Below, piece after piece: positions 62,557 through 64,000 of a stretch of DNA of 64,000 bases. A model generated the notes under the pieces. The model saw only the letters and a list, made by a program, of their open reading frames with translations. It did not search any database and had not been told where the DNA came from. The DNA is from Piromyces finnis finn (Eukaryota > Fungi > Neocallimastigomycota), in contig MCFH01000046.1 of NCBI GenBank assembly GCA_002104945.1, positions 310,001 through 374,000 of the forward strand. Reading direction: 5' to 3'. Position numbers and translations under genes: made by a program. Position 1 is the first letter of the stretch. The number at the start of each line of letters is the position of its first letter.

Positions 62557-62663
62557 TTATGTATTTAATAATATATTATTAATAGAATTGAAATATGAGT
62601 TTTTTTACTTTATGTATTTAATAATATATTATTAATAGAATTGAAATATGAGTTTTTTTACTT
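62557..62663. repeat. 53-nt-period tandem duplication
   Basis: TATGTATTTAATAATATATTATTAATAGAATTGAAATATGAGTTTTTTTACTT occurs twice, head to tail. Confidence 0.9.
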
Positions 62664-64000
62664 AAAAAGTATAGTTGTAATACTCTGAATATACTATTAA
62701 AATATATTTTAATTTGAAAAACCATATACTATAAGAAAGCTTAATAAATATCAAAAATAAATTTTAATATTAAAAATTAACCAATATAATTAATACAATT
62801 AAACATACGAATTTGATTGGTTTTACAAATTTATTAATATCCTTATTTACTGAATAAACTAAAAAAAAAAATTCATTTTTTTAAAATTTTTATGAAATAT
62901 TTTGTAAAGGTGTAAAATGTGAAATGAAATTGGGCAATGAGATTTTAACGGTGATATTGTTTGTCGTTGTATTAATATTAAATAGTTGGATAATTATGGA
63001 AAAGAAGAACTATAATAAAGTTATAGTGATATTAAATCTATTTTTTTAAAATTTCAATAATTATTAGATTTAAAATGTATATGTATAGCTTAAAAACAAT
63101 TTTATAAAAAAATAATAGAATTGTAATTAAAAATCATGGTAAATGTATAGTAAAATTATAAACAAGACAATATCTTATAAATAAAGTAAAGTAGTAAAAT
63201 GAATTATTATTATAAGTAAAATTATCACTTTTTTTATAAAAATTATTTCTGATTTTAAATCACTATATTTAAAAAATATTTATTTACATATAATAATAAA
63301 TAATACGTAATATGTATTGTAATTGTAAAAAAAAAAAAAAAAAAAAAAACTATTTAAAATGACTAATAATGAAAAGCATTTGTTTATAGAGGACTTTAAA
63401 TTTAATTAAAAATTGTATATATATAAATTATGGTTTTATTTGAGTTTAAAAGATAAGTAATATATATTTAGATTTATAGTTTTTTTAAGGTTTACATAAT
63501 TTAATTTTAAAAAGTTATTAGAATTTTGTTACTATTTAAATATCATTTATTTTAAACAGTATAAACTCAATATTATCTTATAAATATTGAATTATCATTT
63601 TTTTTTCTTCATAAATATTATATAAATATTGGATTATAACTTTTTTTTCTTTAATATTATAAACTTTGAATCGTTAATCTATAAAAATCTTTTTAAAAAT
63701 TCATGTTGTTAAAAATTAACTTTTAATAATAGTTTAAAAAAATTAAAGTTTTAATTTGGAATGAATTGAAACTTTAATCCTTTGAGAAATATATTGTAAT
63801 ACTATAACGAATATATTAATTTTTATTTTTACTATTTTTTTTATTGCTGATATTGTAATATAACTAATAATGAACAAACGGCGGCAATATTATTTAATTA
63901 ATGACTTAGCACATGTTTTATTATATTACTAACTATTACTCTATATAATAAAATTTTATTTTTTTTTTAATTATAAAAAATTATTCATATGTAAGGACGA

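Noticed and set aside
62924-63049. ~41-aa hydrophobic small ORF (MKLGNEILTVILFVVVLILNSWII..)
   Set aside because: Short hydrophobic ORFs arise readily in AT-rich DNA, the opposite strand is equally open, and there is no other support.

Overview
This is a very AT-rich (roughly 80% by eye), intron-containing eukaryotic window. Non-catalytic fungal dockerins, short GT-AG introns and A/T microsatellites point to an anaerobic gut fungus (Neocallimastigomycota). I reconstructed 17 protein-coding genes by manual splicing. In order: IRE1 (-), an ER thioredoxin/PDI-like protein with a CPFS site and KDEL (+), a dockerin-bearing PL1 pectate lyase (+), an SH3-DH-PH-PX RhoGEF (-), ELL (+), TAF5 (-), RPL32 (-), an orphan (-), a DNAJB6-like J-protein with a Q/M-rich tail (-), PAS kinase (-), a bacterial-type RimL/RimJ GNAT (+), a ~1980-aa low-complexity protein with a C-terminal RGS-like domain (+), two tandem TIP30/Fmp52-like SDRs (+), RPL31 (+), a GRIP golgin (-) and a second orphan (-). 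No tRNA, rRNA, CRISPR array or intact transposon was seen, and I found no clear-cut new multi-gene system. The best leads are the RhoGEF carrying a Bem1-like PX domain, the CXXS-KDEL thioredoxin placed head-to-head with IRE1, a candidate H/ACA snoRNA upstream of RPL31, and two intronless genes that look bacterially derived. All family assignments come from motif recognition by eye; no database search was run.
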